A stretch of DNA of 64,000 nt from Oligoflexia bacterium. GTDB lineage: Bacteria > Bdellovibrionota > UBA1018. The notes beneath the pieces were generated by a model, which had not been told where the DNA came from, did no database searches, and saw only the letters and a program-made list of their open reading frames with translations. The stretch lies in contig JACMNQ010000057.1 of the NCBI GenBank assembly GCA_014378465.1, positions 134,103-198,102 of the forward strand, read 5' to 3'. Positions within the stretch are counted from its first letter, which is position 1. Each line of letters begins with the position of its first letter. Below are positions 30,941 through 40,396 of this stretch, in pieces. The position numbers and the translations under genes are program-made.

Positions 30941-31620
30941 TCGGTGACACTCAACCTGCCCTGCTCCAGAACCCATTGGCGATCGCACCGCCGAGCCAGT
31001 TCATCGCTGTGGGTCACCAGAATGAGCGTCATCATCTCACTCCTCGCGAGATCAAAAAGCAGGTCCATCACGTAACGACCCGTCTTCGTGTCGAGACTTC
31101 CGCTCGGTTCATCGGCCAGGAGCAGACTCGGCTGGACGACAAAGGCGCGGGCAATCGCCACTCTCTGCCTTTCGCCTCCACTCAGCTGCGAAGGCATGTG
31201 ATTTTCCCTATGGGAAAGTCCCACTTGCTGAAGAGCTTTCCTGGATCTGGTCTTGAATTCCGCATCGCGGCTGATCTCCAGCGGCAATGAAACATTTTCT
31301 AGCGCAGTGAGATTGGACATCAGATGAAACTGTTGAAAGATGATTCCCAGATTTCGGGAACGGAAGTCCGCGAGCGCCGCCTCCCCCAGCGTTGAAATTT
31401 CCTGGCCACCGATCTGGATCGTCCCGCGTGTCGGCTGATCGAGTCCTGCAAGAAGTGACAGGAGAGTCGACTTGCCGCTGCCGGATTGGCCGGTGATCGC
31501 GACCGTTTCACCTCGGCCCACTTCAAGATCAACCCCACTGAGCACTTCAATCGTCGAGTCCCCCTGTCGATAACTCTTGCAGACTCCGCGAACGTCAACT
31601 TGAAGGGAAGAGTCTTTCAC
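30937..31620 (-). CDS. ybbA: ABC transporter ATP-binding protein, YbbA/LolD-like
   Basis: Walker [26 protein letters not shown] signature and a Walker B motif. Confidence 0.85.
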   Translation of the reverse strand: MKDSSLQVDVRGVCKSYRQGDSTIEVLSGVDLEVGRGETVAITGQSGSGKSTLLSLLAGLDQPTRGTIQIGGQEISTLGEAALADFRSRNLGIIFQQFHLMSNLTALENVSLPLEISRDAEFKTRSRKALQQVGLSHRENHMPSQLSGGERQRVAIARAFVVQPSLLLADEPSGSLDTKTGRYVMDLLFDLARSEMMTLILVTHSDELARRCDRQWVLEQGRLSVTE

Positions 31621-32309
31621 AGGAGTGGCTCCAGGTAACGGTCGACGGTTCTGGAAATGATCTCGTGGCCTTTCGGATTGGGATGGATCCCATCCTCGAT
31701 GTTCAGGTCTGGATGGGCAGCCACTCCTTCGAGCAGAAAGGGGATCATGGGAATCTGATAGGAGTGGGATAGATCCTTGAAAAGAGCTTCGAACTCGCGA
31801 GTATAGGCTTTGCCGTAATTGGGCGGCATCTTCATGCCCGCAATCAGGACTTTCATCCGATTTTTCAAGGCGAGCTCGACGACGTCTGCGAGATTCTTCC
31901 GTGTCTGCTGCACGCTGACGCCGCGCAGGCCATCATTGGCTCCGAGAGCGAGAATCAGAATCGAAGGATGCGCTTTGAGATACCACTTGAACCGCGAGAG
32001 ACCACTGGCAGTTGTGGATCCGCTCACTCCCCCATTGATCACGGTAAACTTGTGCCGTTCAGCGCTTCGAGAGGAGTGGTTCAATCTTTTCTCGAGAAGA
32101 GCCGGAAAAGCCTGCTCTTTCGTGTTTCCGTAGCCTTCTGTCAATGAATCCCCGAGCACCAGGATGACCTGAGCGCCAGTGGCATCAGCGCCCTGAGAAG
32201 TGGAAGCGGCTTTTCTCGGAGCCGATATCTCCGCAGCAGAGAGCGGCTGCAGAGTGAGCAAAACAAGAAGCAGACTGGAGAGGAGGCCCGATCGGAATGA
32301 GTGAGGCAT
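31617..32309 (-). CDS. tesA: SGNH/GDSL arylesterase / acyl-CoA thioesterase I
   Basis: GDSLTEGYG block I with signal peptide, GANDG block. Coupled to ybbA (overlap), giving the conserved tesA-ybbA-ybbP arrangement. Confidence 0.8.
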   Translation of the reverse strand: MPHSFRSGLLSSLLLVLLTLQPLSAAEISAPRKAASTSQGADATGAQVILVLGDSLTEGYGNTKEQAFPALLEKRLNHSSRSAERHKFTVINGGVSGSTTASGLSRFKWYLKAHPSILILALGANDGLRGVSVQQTRKNLADVVELALKNRMKVLIAGMKMPPNYGKAYTREFEALFKDLSHSYQIPMIPFLLEGVAAHPDLNIEDGIHPNPKGHEIISRTVDRYLEPLL

Positions 32310-32343
32310 GCTGGATTCAGCTTAGATCAGAAAGCCGATAAGA

Positions 32344-32742
32344 TTAAGCGGATAAAGAGGAATCTGAATGAGAGGGCGCAGCGGGGACATTGACTCGCTG
32401 CTCACTTGGCTTGCTCGCTCGCGATTCAACTCTACTTTCAACTTCTCCTTCGACAGGTGCTTCAACTTTCCTGTGATGAATTACAATCCCCAGACCGACC
32501 AGGCTACTGATCAGGAGGAGCACGTTCGTGACGAGAAATACGTAATTGTGAAGCATGCCGCTGTAAATGATGAAGCCTGCGTTCGCGAGGATCTCGCCGA
32601 TGTAAAGCCACTTCGATACCCCACGACTTGTCTTTTCAGACCACTGCTTGTAAATCTGCTTGCCGATCGTCAGCAACAAGATGAACGAGCTCGCCCAGCC
32701 AATGATTTCCTGCATCTTAGCGCCGGAAATTGCAATCGTCAT
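32344..32742 (-). CDS. Small membrane protein, hypothetical
   Basis: Three predicted TM helices with an acidic/Ser-rich tail. Confidence 0.4.
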   Translation of the reverse strand: MTIAISGAKMQEIIGWASSFILLLTIGKQIYKQWSEKTSRGVSKWLYIGEILANAGFIIYSGMLHNYVFLVTNVLLLISSLVGLGIVIHHRKVEAPVEGEVESRVESRASKPSEQRVNVPAAPSHSDSSLSA

Positions 32743-32764
32743 ACCGAATCAGGATGGGAAGGGA

Positions 32765-33988
32765 TCAATGCAGAGGAGAAGGTTCGGCGGGGACCGCCCA
32801 TTCAGGCGGGGTCATGACCAGCTTGAGGTAGGAACGCTGGTTTCCAGGCAAATGCGGGGAATAAGTGGGGGTGCCCATTCCCAGAAATTCCGGCCAGATC
32901 GGAAATGGATCAGAAAGCTGTGACCAATCACACTTCATTTCGGCGTCGGTCAACAGGCAGGAGTCCAACTGGGAAATCCAGGCGGCCGCATCGATCAAAT
33001 CACCCACGAAGGCGATTTCGGTATAGCGTTCAGCCATTGGATCAGCAGGCTGATCCATGAGGTACCGCTCAGACCAGAAACCTTCAGGCGTGAAGTGAAG
33101 AGTTGAAGGTCCAACCTGACTCAAGTTAATTGCGACTTCTCTTCTTGAAGCCAGCCATACCTGCCCGTAGCTTCTCAGGATGTGATCCGGCCAGGCCTCA
33201 ATCAGGGAGGCGAGACGCTCGGGATGAAAAGGGCGATAGCGTTTGTAAACCAGGGAAGAAACGGGTTCTTCCGGCACTGTTCCGTCGCACCGAAGAACCG
33301 CCTGCTTCCAAGCAGCTCCTTCCAAGGTATACTGCTCATCATAAAGTCCTGTTTTCAAAACTTCTGAGCTGGCGAAGTCAAAATCCTGAGTGCACAGAAA
33401 CTTGGCCCTCGGCTGCAGTGTCTGAAGAATCGTCTCGATTTCATCCAGGCGATTTCCGCCTGATCGGCGACCGAACCGCTTGTAGCCTGAATTGAGAATG
33501 ATCACGTCGCAAAGCTCGACTTGTTCAACCATCAGCTCGACTGCGTCCAAACCATCCATTTTCTGGGGTTCGCGAACATAGTCTTCCCAAAACCGATGTG
33601 CGCCGACGACGCAGACCAGAGTGTCCAACTCGATTTTGCCTACCAAACCCGGCTCATCTTCTTCGAGGAGCGAAAAAGTATCGACGATCACCTGAGGATC
33701 GCAGTCCTCTGCGGCTTCGATGATCAGACAATCAATGGGATGGGTGTGAATGTACGATTTGATGGCGAGAAGAAGGTCTTGGCGGGTGCCACATTGCGTG
33801 CACCCACCTTCTTCACTTGTGAGCTTTGGATCGTCCAGAACTCCGACGCGAAGCTCTGGAGAAGTCGAGACGAGGGAGCGAATCAGCTCAGACTTGCCGA
33901 CGTTGGCAAGTCCCATGACTACGGTCACCGGAATCGGATGAGTTCCCTCAATCCGCTCAGGTCGCCGAAATGGGATAATCTGAGCCAC
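32765..33988 (-). CDS. COG0523-family GTPase (CobW/ZigA-like putative metallochaperone)
   Basis: P-loop GLANVGKSEL, a Cys-containing metal motif CTQCG, and a C-terminal CobW_C-like region. Starts 13 nt after the rpsN stop. Confidence 0.65.
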   Translation of the reverse strand: MAQIIPFRRPERIEGTHPIPVTVVMGLANVGKSELIRSLVSTSPELRVGVLDDPKLTSEEGGCTQCGTRQDLLLAIKSYIHTHPIDCLIIEAAEDCDPQVIVDTFSLLEEDEPGLVGKIELDTLVCVVGAHRFWEDYVREPQKMDGLDAVELMVEQVELCDVIILNSGYKRFGRRSGGNRLDEIETILQTLQPRAKFLCTQDFDFASSEVLKTGLYDEQYTLEGAAWKQAVLRCDGTVPEEPVSSLVYKRYRPFHPERLASLIEAWPDHILRSYGQVWLASRREVAINLSQVGPSTLHFTPEGFWSERYLMDQPADPMAERYTEIAFVGDLIDAAAWISQLDSCLLTDAEMKCDWSQLSDPFPIWPEFLGMGTPTYSPHLPGNQRSYLKLVMTPPEWAVPAEPSPLH

Positions 33989-34000
33989 TCAAACTCCAGC

Positions 34001-34306
34001 TTACCAGCTGGACTTGGTCACACCAGGAATCTGTCCAGTGTTTGCAAGTTCACGGAATTTGATTCGGCAAACATTGAACTTACGCAAGAAACCGCGAGGG
34101 CGTCCGGTGAGTTCACAACGATTGCGAACACGGATTTCCAGAGAGGACTTCGGCAAAGAGCCGAGCTTCTTGCGGGCAGCAACACGCTCATCTTCAGTCA
34201 ACTTCATGTTCTTCGACTTGGCGCGGAGCTCAATGCGGAGGCCCTTGTGAAGCTCAACCATTTTCTTACGCTTATTGTTCGTTTCTACTTTGCCTTTTTT
34301 TGCCAT
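34001..34306 (-). CDS. rpsN: Ribosomal protein S14 (long, 101-aa type without CxxC pairs)
   Basis: [18 protein letters not shown]...[41 protein letters not shown]. Confidence 0.9.
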   Translation of the reverse strand: MAKKGKVETNNKRKKMVELHKGLRIELRAKSKNMKLTEDERVAARKKLGSLPKSSLEIRVRNRCELTGRPRGFLRKFNVCRIKFRELANTGQIPGVTKSSW

Positions 34307-34320
34307 GAACTTTCCTTCTC

Positions 34321-34563
34321 TTACTTCCTGTAACGGCGATTGAACTTTTCGATGCGGCCAGCGGTATCCATGATACGCTCTTGTCCCGTGAAAAATGGGT
34401 GAGAAGCTGAAGAAATTTCCACCTTGATCAGTGGATACTCTTTGCCATCTTCCCATTTAATGGTGTCTTTCGCGCCTTGGCAGGAACGAGTCAAAAATTT
34501 AAAATCAGATGAGAGGTCTTGGAAAACGACTTCTCTGTACTCAGGATGAATTCCCTGTTTCAT
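34321..34563 (-). CDS. rpmE: Ribosomal protein L31, type B (zinc-independent, YkgM-like)
   Basis: [14 protein letters not shown]...[11 protein letters not shown]. Only one Cys and no CxxC pairs. Confidence 0.9.
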   Translation of the reverse strand: MKQGIHPEYREVVFQDLSSDFKFLTRSCQGAKDTIKWEDGKEYPLIKVEISSASHPFFTGQERIMDTAGRIEKFNRRYRK

Positions 34564-34579
34564 AGATACTCCAGTTAAT

Positions 34580-34864
34580 TTAGGCTTTGCGAGCCCGAAT
34601 GAGTGAACATTTTATTGAAGCCAAACGCTCAGAGAGGTTTTCGGCTTTGGCATGCATGATCGCGTTTGAGATGCCGCCTTGCTTGTCAATCGTGCGGATT
34701 GCGCGAGTCGAGAGCTTGAGGCTCACAACCTGGCCGAGCTCAGGAATGGTAAACTTCTTATTTTTGACATTCGGCAACCAGCGGGTGCGGGTTTTAGTGT
34801 TCGAGTGACTGACCAGATTTCCAGTCACAGGGCGCAGGCCGGTTAATTCACAAACTCTCGACAT
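34580..34864 (-). CDS. rpmB: Ribosomal protein L28 (Cys-poor form) with a C-terminal extension
   Basis: [33 protein letters not shown] matches the L28 N-terminus. Two Cys, no CxxC pairs. Confidence 0.85.
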   Translation of the reverse strand: MSRVCELTGLRPVTGNLVSHSNTKTRTRWLPNVKNKKFTIPELGQVVSLKLSTRAIRTIDKQGGISNAIMHAKAENLSERLASIKCSLIRARKA

Positions 34865-34895
34865 GAGATCTCCTTAAACTTGAACGTAAACTTTG

Positions 34896-35228
34896 TTAAG
34901 CCAGTACCTGGCCGCTAGATTTCGCGAGGCGAACGAACTTGCCATTCACTTCTTTTTTACCAATGCGGGTCGGCTTGCCATTCTTCGGGTCAACCAACAT
35001 TACATTGGAGTAATGAATCGGAAGGGTCTTCTGGATCGTTCCGCCCTGTGGACTCTGCTGACTTGGCTTGGTGTGACGAGTGACGAGGTTGACACCTTCG
35101 ACCATCACACGGTCATCTTTGGCAACAATTTCAATAATTTTGCCCTGTTTGCCTTTGTCTTTACCAGCAATCACGGTGACCAGGTCACCCTTTTTCAGCT
35201 TAAATTTTTTCTTTTCTACTGCAGCCAT
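34896..35228 (-). CDS. rplX: Ribosomal protein L24 (KOW domain), likely a paralogous copy
   Basis: [31 protein letters not shown]...VEGVNLV..H.KP is the KOW/L24 signature. ATG start chosen; the track ORF begins at an upstream TTG. Confidence 0.8.
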   Translation of the reverse strand: MAAVEKKKFKLKKGDLVTVIAGKDKGKQGKIIEIVAKDDRVMVEGVNLVTRHTKPSQQSPQGGTIQKTLPIHYSNVMLVDPKNGKPTRIGKKEVNGKFVRLAKSSGQVLA

Positions 35229-35345
35229 AATCCTAAAGCTCCTTGTCAAACCCGCGCCGTCTCACATCACACCGCTGATGCAGGGGTGAATTTTCTCAGT
35301 CATAAAGCTATTTTGAATCAGTTTCCAGAGTCTTCTGCTCGAAAT

Positions 35346-35412
35346 GCGTCAAAAAAAGCGATTCATCAGCTTTTTTTGGCAAAAAAAGCGACTTTTCTGA
35401 TTGATGAGCGGT
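35346..35412 (-). promoter_or_regulatory. Leader element of the rplX-rpmB-rpmE-rpsN operon: 9-3-9 AT-rich palindrome overlapping a second 9-9-9 inverted repeat
   Basis: Minus-strand sequence GCTTTTTTT-GCC-AAAAAAAGC-TGATGAATC-GCTTTTTTT. The middle arm can pair with either flanking arm. A direct repeat CAAAAAAAGCGA occurs twice. Confidence 0.4.
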
Positions 35413-35650
35413 ATCCATACCTCAAAATTAAAAAAACTCACTCTTAAATTTTAAGATGTGCTGCGTTATTTTTGAATCATTTCGGGTGACTCAGGCTGCT
35501 GCGGCGAGCTCTCACTGCACGAAGGCGACCCGAACCCTCATTTTCAACGCCTCCCCGACTCCAGTCGACCTGGCCGCGCACCCTTTAAATGGAAGAGGGG
35601 GCGCTGCTCACCGAAGCGCGCCCCCTCCCCCCCCCTCTATTGATTCCGAG

Positions 35651-36199
35651 CTAAACCGATTTGCGCCTTTTGTGGCCCGAATGGGGATTCTGAGCCACTC
35701 CTGGCTGCGCAATAGGGTACTTAAGCTTCGAAAGCAGTTCATCTCGATGGATCTGCATCCAGGTTCCCAGATCTGCAAAGAAGTCTTCTCTGGCCCGAGC
35801 CAGGAGTGCGATTTCAGCCTGCTCCTCTCGCAGATGAAGTTCAAAGTTCTGGATCATCCCATCGAAAATCCGGTTGAACTCCGGGTCTTCCTGATTGATT
35901 TTTTTCAGCTCTGGAATTCGCTTCATGCCTTCATTCATGGACTTCAGACTTTCAAAAGCAACTTTCCTTCCGAAATACTTCTCGAGCAGAGGGTAGAGCA
36001 CTGAATCTTCTATCGCAGCATGAATTTCCAGTTGCATGAAAATTTCATTCACCATGGCCCGTTTCAACTCCGGGGCACGCAGATCCACGGTTTCAAATAG
36101 GCGAAAAAACTGCGTGATTCGTCTTCGGTTCCGATCGAGAAAATCACCCGCGCTGATTTTTTGGTGAGCCATTTCCGCAGAATTTCCAGACTGATTCAT
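35651..36199 (-). CDS. Hemerythrin-like (HHE cation-binding) domain protein
   Basis: His/Glu spacing typical of hemerythrin-like helices (H..E...H, EE..LYP). Confidence 0.65.
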   Translation of the reverse strand: MNQSGNSAEMAHQKISAGDFLDRNRRRITQFFRLFETVDLRAPELKRAMVNEIFMQLEIHAAIEDSVLYPLLEKYFGRKVAFESLKSMNEGMKRIPELKKINQEDPEFNRIFDGMIQNFELHLREEQAEIALLARAREDFFADLGTWMQIHRDELLSKLKYPIAQPGVAQNPHSGHKRRKSV

Positions 36200-36405
36200 T
36201 GATGATCTCCCTCAAGTTGGAATCGCGGACACTGAAAGTTTTTTTTTAATGAGTGAAGACGCAAGAGGTCCGCCAGCCGATCTCCCTCCGAGCGGTGCGT
36301 TGAGTCGGGCTGGTATCCCAGTTGCATCACTCGCAGCTCAACAGCTGTTCGAATCCATTCGAGTGGCCCGCTTCAATATCAACTCGCTCACCAAGGAGAT
36401 CTCAC

Positions 36406-36615
36406 ATGATCAGACTCACATTGTTTGCAGTCGCCGGTTTTTTTGCCTGGAGAAACCGTTTCGAAATTCAGCGTTTCCTCGGCTCTTACGGCATCAAGAC
36501 TCCACTTCTGGACAGCACCCTTTCTGACACCGTACGTTCCGGTGCAGCAAAGATCACGGGCTCCGTTGAACACGAAGCGCGCAAAATGGATAACGAAAGC
36601 CGCCGCGCGATCTGA
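36406..36615 (+). CDS. Small membrane-anchored protein, hypothetical
   Basis: AAGGAG lies 6 nt upstream of the ATG. N-terminal TM helix MIRLTLFAVAGFFAW. Confidence 0.4.
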   Translation: MIRLTLFAVAGFFAWRNRFEIQRFLGSYGIKTPLLDSTLSDTVRSGAAKITGSVEHEARKMDNESRRAI

Positions 36616-36655
36616 TCGTGGGCCCATTCGTTCTCAGGCTCTCGTCATGAAAGTT

Positions 36656-36694
36656 TGAAAAAAAAGGCAGCTTCCTCATGAAGCTGCCTTTTTT
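36656..36694. terminator. Bidirectional rho-independent terminator
   Basis: AAAAAAAA-GGCAGCTTC-CTCAT-GAAGCTGCC-TTTTTT between convergent genes. Confidence 0.75.
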
Positions 36695-36720
36695 CGACCA
36701 AACGAGTTCAGAAAGCGGCC

Positions 36721-37122
36721 TCAGCCGGTCCCTGAAGCGGCCAGCTTGCCGCGGAGACAGTTGAAATTCTGATCGTCCATGCCCTGCACCTGTTTCAATT
36801 CGTCCACCGACTTGAAACCATTGTGATCCCTGCGGTAGTTGACGATGTCCCTGGAGAGATCGGGTGAAAGCCCGAGCGCCTGAAAGCGCTTTTCTTCCAT
36901 TCGTTTCAGGTCCCCCTTGATTTCCACGGTTCTGACCGTGGGAACCTCACTCTTTTCCGTGATGACCACCTGCCTTTGAGTCTGGATATCCACGTTTCCT
37001 TCACTGGACTGCACCTGACCCAGCGGCGATTGCGGCGCCGCGGAAGCGGGTTGATCCGGTTTCACTTCTCTGCCTCCACAAGCACTGAGGGCAAGGCAGA
37101 GCAGAGTCGCGGACAGGCTCAT
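36721..37122 (-). CDS. ComEA-like helix-hairpin-helix lipoprotein
   Basis: Lipobox LSAC. The C-terminal HhH motif GLSPDLSRDIVNYRRDHNGFKSVDELKQVQGM is typical of ComEA. Confidence 0.6.
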   Translation of the reverse strand: MSLSATLLCLALSACGGREVKPDQPASAAPQSPLGQVQSSEGNVDIQTQRQVVITEKSEVPTVRTVEIKGDLKRMEEKRFQALGLSPDLSRDIVNYRRDHNGFKSVDELKQVQGMDDQNFNCLRGKLAASGTG

Positions 37123-37136
37123 TGCAAAGTCGGCAG

Positions 37137-37598
37137 TCAGGCTGCGGCCAGATTTTCGCTTCGCGCCGCTTCGAGCTCCACTCCGACCTGTTCCAGCTCT
37201 TCCGCGTCCAGAAGCTCTCGGACTTTTGGGAAAAGCTCGTCCTCTTCCTCTTCGACATGGTGCTGGACGAGCTCCATGAGCTCGTCCAGCTTGTCTTCAA
37301 CCTGTTCGGCGTATTGCTCCTGGTCACTCACCACGAAGAGAACGGTCTGAATTTCATTGAGAAGATCCCGCACTTCCTGGTGATCATCGTAGCTTCCTTC
37401 AATGAGTTCACTCAACTCATCTCGATGGGCGAAGAGCGGGTAGAACGCGGCTTCCTCGATGTTCGAGTGAACTTCGAGTTCCTGCCGGATCAAGGCGAAG
37501 ATCCGTCGCTTTTCGGCGAAGTGATCAGCATTCTGAATCTGTTCGAACAGACTTCGCACCTTCTGATGATCTGCTTCCAAGAGTTCCGTGGCGTCCAT
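37137..37598 (-). CDS. Hemerythrin-like domain protein (second copy)
   Basis: ADHQKVRSLF, H..EE...YP and HH.EEE motifs. Confidence 0.65.
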   Translation of the reverse strand: MDATELLEADHQKVRSLFEQIQNADHFAEKRRIFALIRQELEVHSNIEEAAFYPLFAHRDELSELIEGSYDDHQEVRDLLNEIQTVLFVVSDQEQYAEQVEDKLDELMELVQHHVEEEEDELFPKVRELLDAEELEQVGVELEAARSENLAAA

Positions 37599-37861
37599 TT
37601 GCTCGCTCCCTGATTGGCCGTGATGGGTTCAATGGACTGGGAGCAATTTACATGCTGACCGGACGCCGCGACGACCCATTGCCAAAACAGCCAAGAGGCA
37701 GGGTGAATTGAATGGCTCATTTCGCGCTGAGCGCGGGTGCGTTCTTGCAAACTCACACGACGGAGCGCTTCCGGGAACTTGGACCAGCTTATGCTAGCAT
37801 TCCTCCCTGTTGGAAGAAGAACACGCGAAGTGCAACCACCGACAACCAGGAGCATCTGATC

Positions 37862-39262
37862 ATGAATCCTCCATCCACCTCTCCCTCTCAAAATTTCACA
37901 TCCAATGCCGAGAAGTCGCAAGGCTTCGTTGAACAGCGGAGTGATGAATTAAGGCAGCGGTGGCAGTCTGACCCGAGGTGGACTGGCATCAAGAGAACCT
38001 ATTCACCGCACGATGTCTTCAAACTCCGCCCCTCCCTTCTGATTGAACACACGCTGGCGCAGGCCGGCGCCAGACGACTCTGGAATCTTCTCAGAGACGA
38101 ACCGTTTCTGCCCACTTTCGGAGCGCTGAGCGGAACTCAGGCCGTGCAGATGGTCAAGGCTGGACTCAAGGCCATCTACATGAGTGGCTGGCAGGTCGCC
38201 GCCGACGCAAATCTTTCGAGTCACACTTATCCTGACCAGAGCCTCTATCCTTCCAACAGCGTCCCGACTCTGGTGAAGCGTGTGAACAACGCACTGATGC
38301 GGGCGGATCAGATTGATGCCGTCGAAGGCAACCGGGATACCTATTGGTATGCCCCCATCATTGCGGATGCCGAAGCGGGCTTTGGAGGAGCCTTGCATGC
38401 TTTTGAGCTCATGAAATCCATGATCGAGGCGGGAGCTGCCGCCGTTCACTTCGAGGATCAGCTCGCCGCTGAAAAAAAATGCGGCCACCTCGGTGGGAAG
38501 GTTCTGGTCCCCACTTCGCAGTTCATCCGCACGCTCACTTCGGCCCGACTCGCCGCCGACGTGCTCGATGTGCCCACCTTAATCATCGCGCGAACGGACG
38601 CTCTCGGAGCGTCGCTCCTGACATCTGACATCGATCCAATCGACCGGGAGTTTCTGACGGGCGAAAGAACTCCGGAAGGCTATTACCGGATCAGGGCCGG
38701 AATGGAAATCACGATCGCGCGCGCCCTCGCCTATGCCCCGCATGCAGACTTGCTCTGGTTTGAGACTTCTTCTCCCGATCTGGAAGAAGCACGACGATTC
38801 GCAAAGGCGATCCATGCAAAATTTCCAGGCAAAATGCTGGCTTACAATTGCTCACCTTCCTTCAACTGGAAGAAACACCTCGACGAAGAGACCATCGCTC
38901 ACTTTCAGACGGAACTGGCCGAGCTCGGCTTCAAGTTTCAGTTCGTCACGCTCGCGGGCTGGCATCTGCTCAACCTGCACTCCTTCAATCTCGCGGATGC
39001 ATTCCGCGAAGAAGGCATGACCGCGTACGTGAGGCTGCAGGAAGAAGAATTTTCATTGGAGAAGCGAGGTTATACGGCGACTCGACATCAGCGCGAAGTG
39101 GGCACCGGATACTTTGACCAGGTTCTCATGACCATCACTGAAGGCACGGCTTCGACCTGTGCACTGCAAGGGTCAACGGAACAGGATCAGTTCAAGGGAC
39201 TCGTTCAGGACAGAAAGCCTGCTGAAAAATCCAGAGCGACGGTCCGCGACCAGAGCGCATGA
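37862..39262 (+). CDS. aceA: Isocitrate lyase
   Basis: [13 protein letters not shown] active-site signature and a [16 protein letters not shown]-terminal region. AGGAG RBS before the ATG at 37862. C-terminal extension present. Confidence 0.9.
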   Translation: MNPPSTSPSQNFTSNAEKSQGFVEQRSDELRQRWQSDPRWTGIKRTYSPHDVFKLRPSLLIEHTLAQAGARRLWNLLRDEPFLPTFGALSGTQAVQMVKAGLKAIYMSGWQVAADANLSSHTYPDQSLYPSNSVPTLVKRVNNALMRADQIDAVEGNRDTYWYAPIIADAEAGFGGALHAFELMKSMIEAGAAAVHFEDQLAAEKKCGHLGGKVLVPTSQFIRTLTSARLAADVLDVPTLIIARTDALGASLLTSDIDPIDREFLTGERTPEGYYRIRAGMEITIARALAYAPHADLLWFETSSPDLEEARRFAKAIHAKFPGKMLAYNCSPSFNWKKHLDEETIAHFQTELAELGFKFQFVTLAGWHLLNLHSFNLADAFREEGMTAYVRLQEEEFSLEKRGYTATRHQREVGTGYFDQVLMTITEGTASTCALQGSTEQDQFKGLVQDRKPAEKSRATVRDQSA

Positions 39263-39728
39263 GGCCTTCGAAAAAGAAAACTCTCGCGCCCGGATGGGAT
39301 TTCGACTGTGCCGTGATAGGCGGGGGCCCGGGCGGTCTCGTATCGGCACTCTCCCTGAAGCGATTTCGCAGAAAAGTGATTCTCCTCAATTCGGGCAAAC
39401 CCAGGGCGGCGTGGATTCCAAAAGCCCACAATCTCATGGGCTTTCCGGGTGGAATTTCCGGAAAATTCGAGGTCTGCGCAGATCTATGGATGGGTTCATC
39501 ATCACTTCCTCGGAGAAGCGCACTTCGGTAAATGGGCTGTTCGCAGTAGGCGGTTGCGTCAATAAGATCGGTCAGATCGCGATTGCCGCGGGACAGGCAG
39601 CCCTGGCGGCAATCACCCTGAGTCCATTCGGCAAAAGCGATTTCGACCACGATCGTCGCTCTTCACCCAGTGAACCCCTTTTCCCTCGAGCGGAACGCCG
39701 CCGTCAAAGGGGTTCGCTATCTGCTTGA
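39259..39728 (+). pseudogene. Decayed thioredoxin-reductase-like FAD/NAD(P) oxidoreductase (internal deletion plus frameshift)
   Basis: N-terminal FAD motif DCAVIGGGPGGLVSAL in one frame (ATGA-coupled to aceA). C-terminal NGLFAVGGCVNKIGQIAIAAGQAALAA lies in another frame. About 170 internal residues are missing, including the CxxC site. Confidence 0.55.
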
Positions 39729-40321
39729 TTCGAACCAGTCTCGTGCGCATCATTGCAAGAGTGTGCACTTCAAAGCCGGTTCCCACTTTCCCGCAGTGGA
39801 TGAATTTTCCCTTTTCGTGATAGCCCAGTAGAACGGCGCCAATTCCGGAACGCGATCCCTGAGGGTCAGTGAATCCCCCGATCACGAATTCCTGGCGAAG
39901 CAGGCACTTGAGTTTGATCCAGCTGCCAGAGCGACCCGGAAGGCAGGAGTTGGAGCTCTTCTTGGCGACGACCCCCCTCACCCTCCAGAATGGCAGGGTA
40001 CTTGAGCGACTTCTTCAGAGCTCGCAAGATTTCAGGAGATTGAGGGTGCTGAGGTTTGTTGTTGCGACTGAGCAACGTCACTTTTTCGCCGTCATAAATG
40101 CACACGACCCGTAGGCCGTCCAGTTTCTATTCGAAAATCCAGTTCTCGTCGTCGAACGGAGTATCGCTCAAAGTGCAGAGCATGAGCTCCAGTCTTGGAT
40201 CGAATTTTTTGGGAAACGGCTTCAGACTCAATCGTTCGTCGAGGATGTCCTGAGCTGAAAGGCCCTGAGGTCCGGCACGGCCGCTCGGAGGACGATTTCG
40301 ACGCGAAGCAACTGGCATCAC
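39613..40321 (-). pseudogene. Decayed ATP-dependent DNA ligase (LigD ligase-domain-like), split over at least 3 frames
   Basis: Three fragments in order along the gene. N-terminal LELMLCTLSDTPFDDENWIFE. Then IYDGEKVTLLSRNNKPQ...ILEGE (DGE motif III region). Then an OB-fold WIKLKCLLRQEFVIGGFTDPQGSRSGIGAVLLGYHEKGKFIHCGKVGTGF. Different frames; adenylation motifs partly missing. Confidence 0.6.
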
Positions 40322-40396
40322 CGTGAAGATGCACGCGCTTTGCCAAACGACCTGATGGAAAATGGGATATAAGCCAATATAACGCTAAGAGTTAAA

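Noticed and set aside
34001-35228. Interpreting the S14/L31/L28/L24 genes as the primary ribosomal protein operon
   Set aside because: Not rejected outright. But tight coupling to a COG0523 GTPase and the Cys-poor forms fit an alternative, zinc-independent set better. This needs a genome-wide paralogue check.
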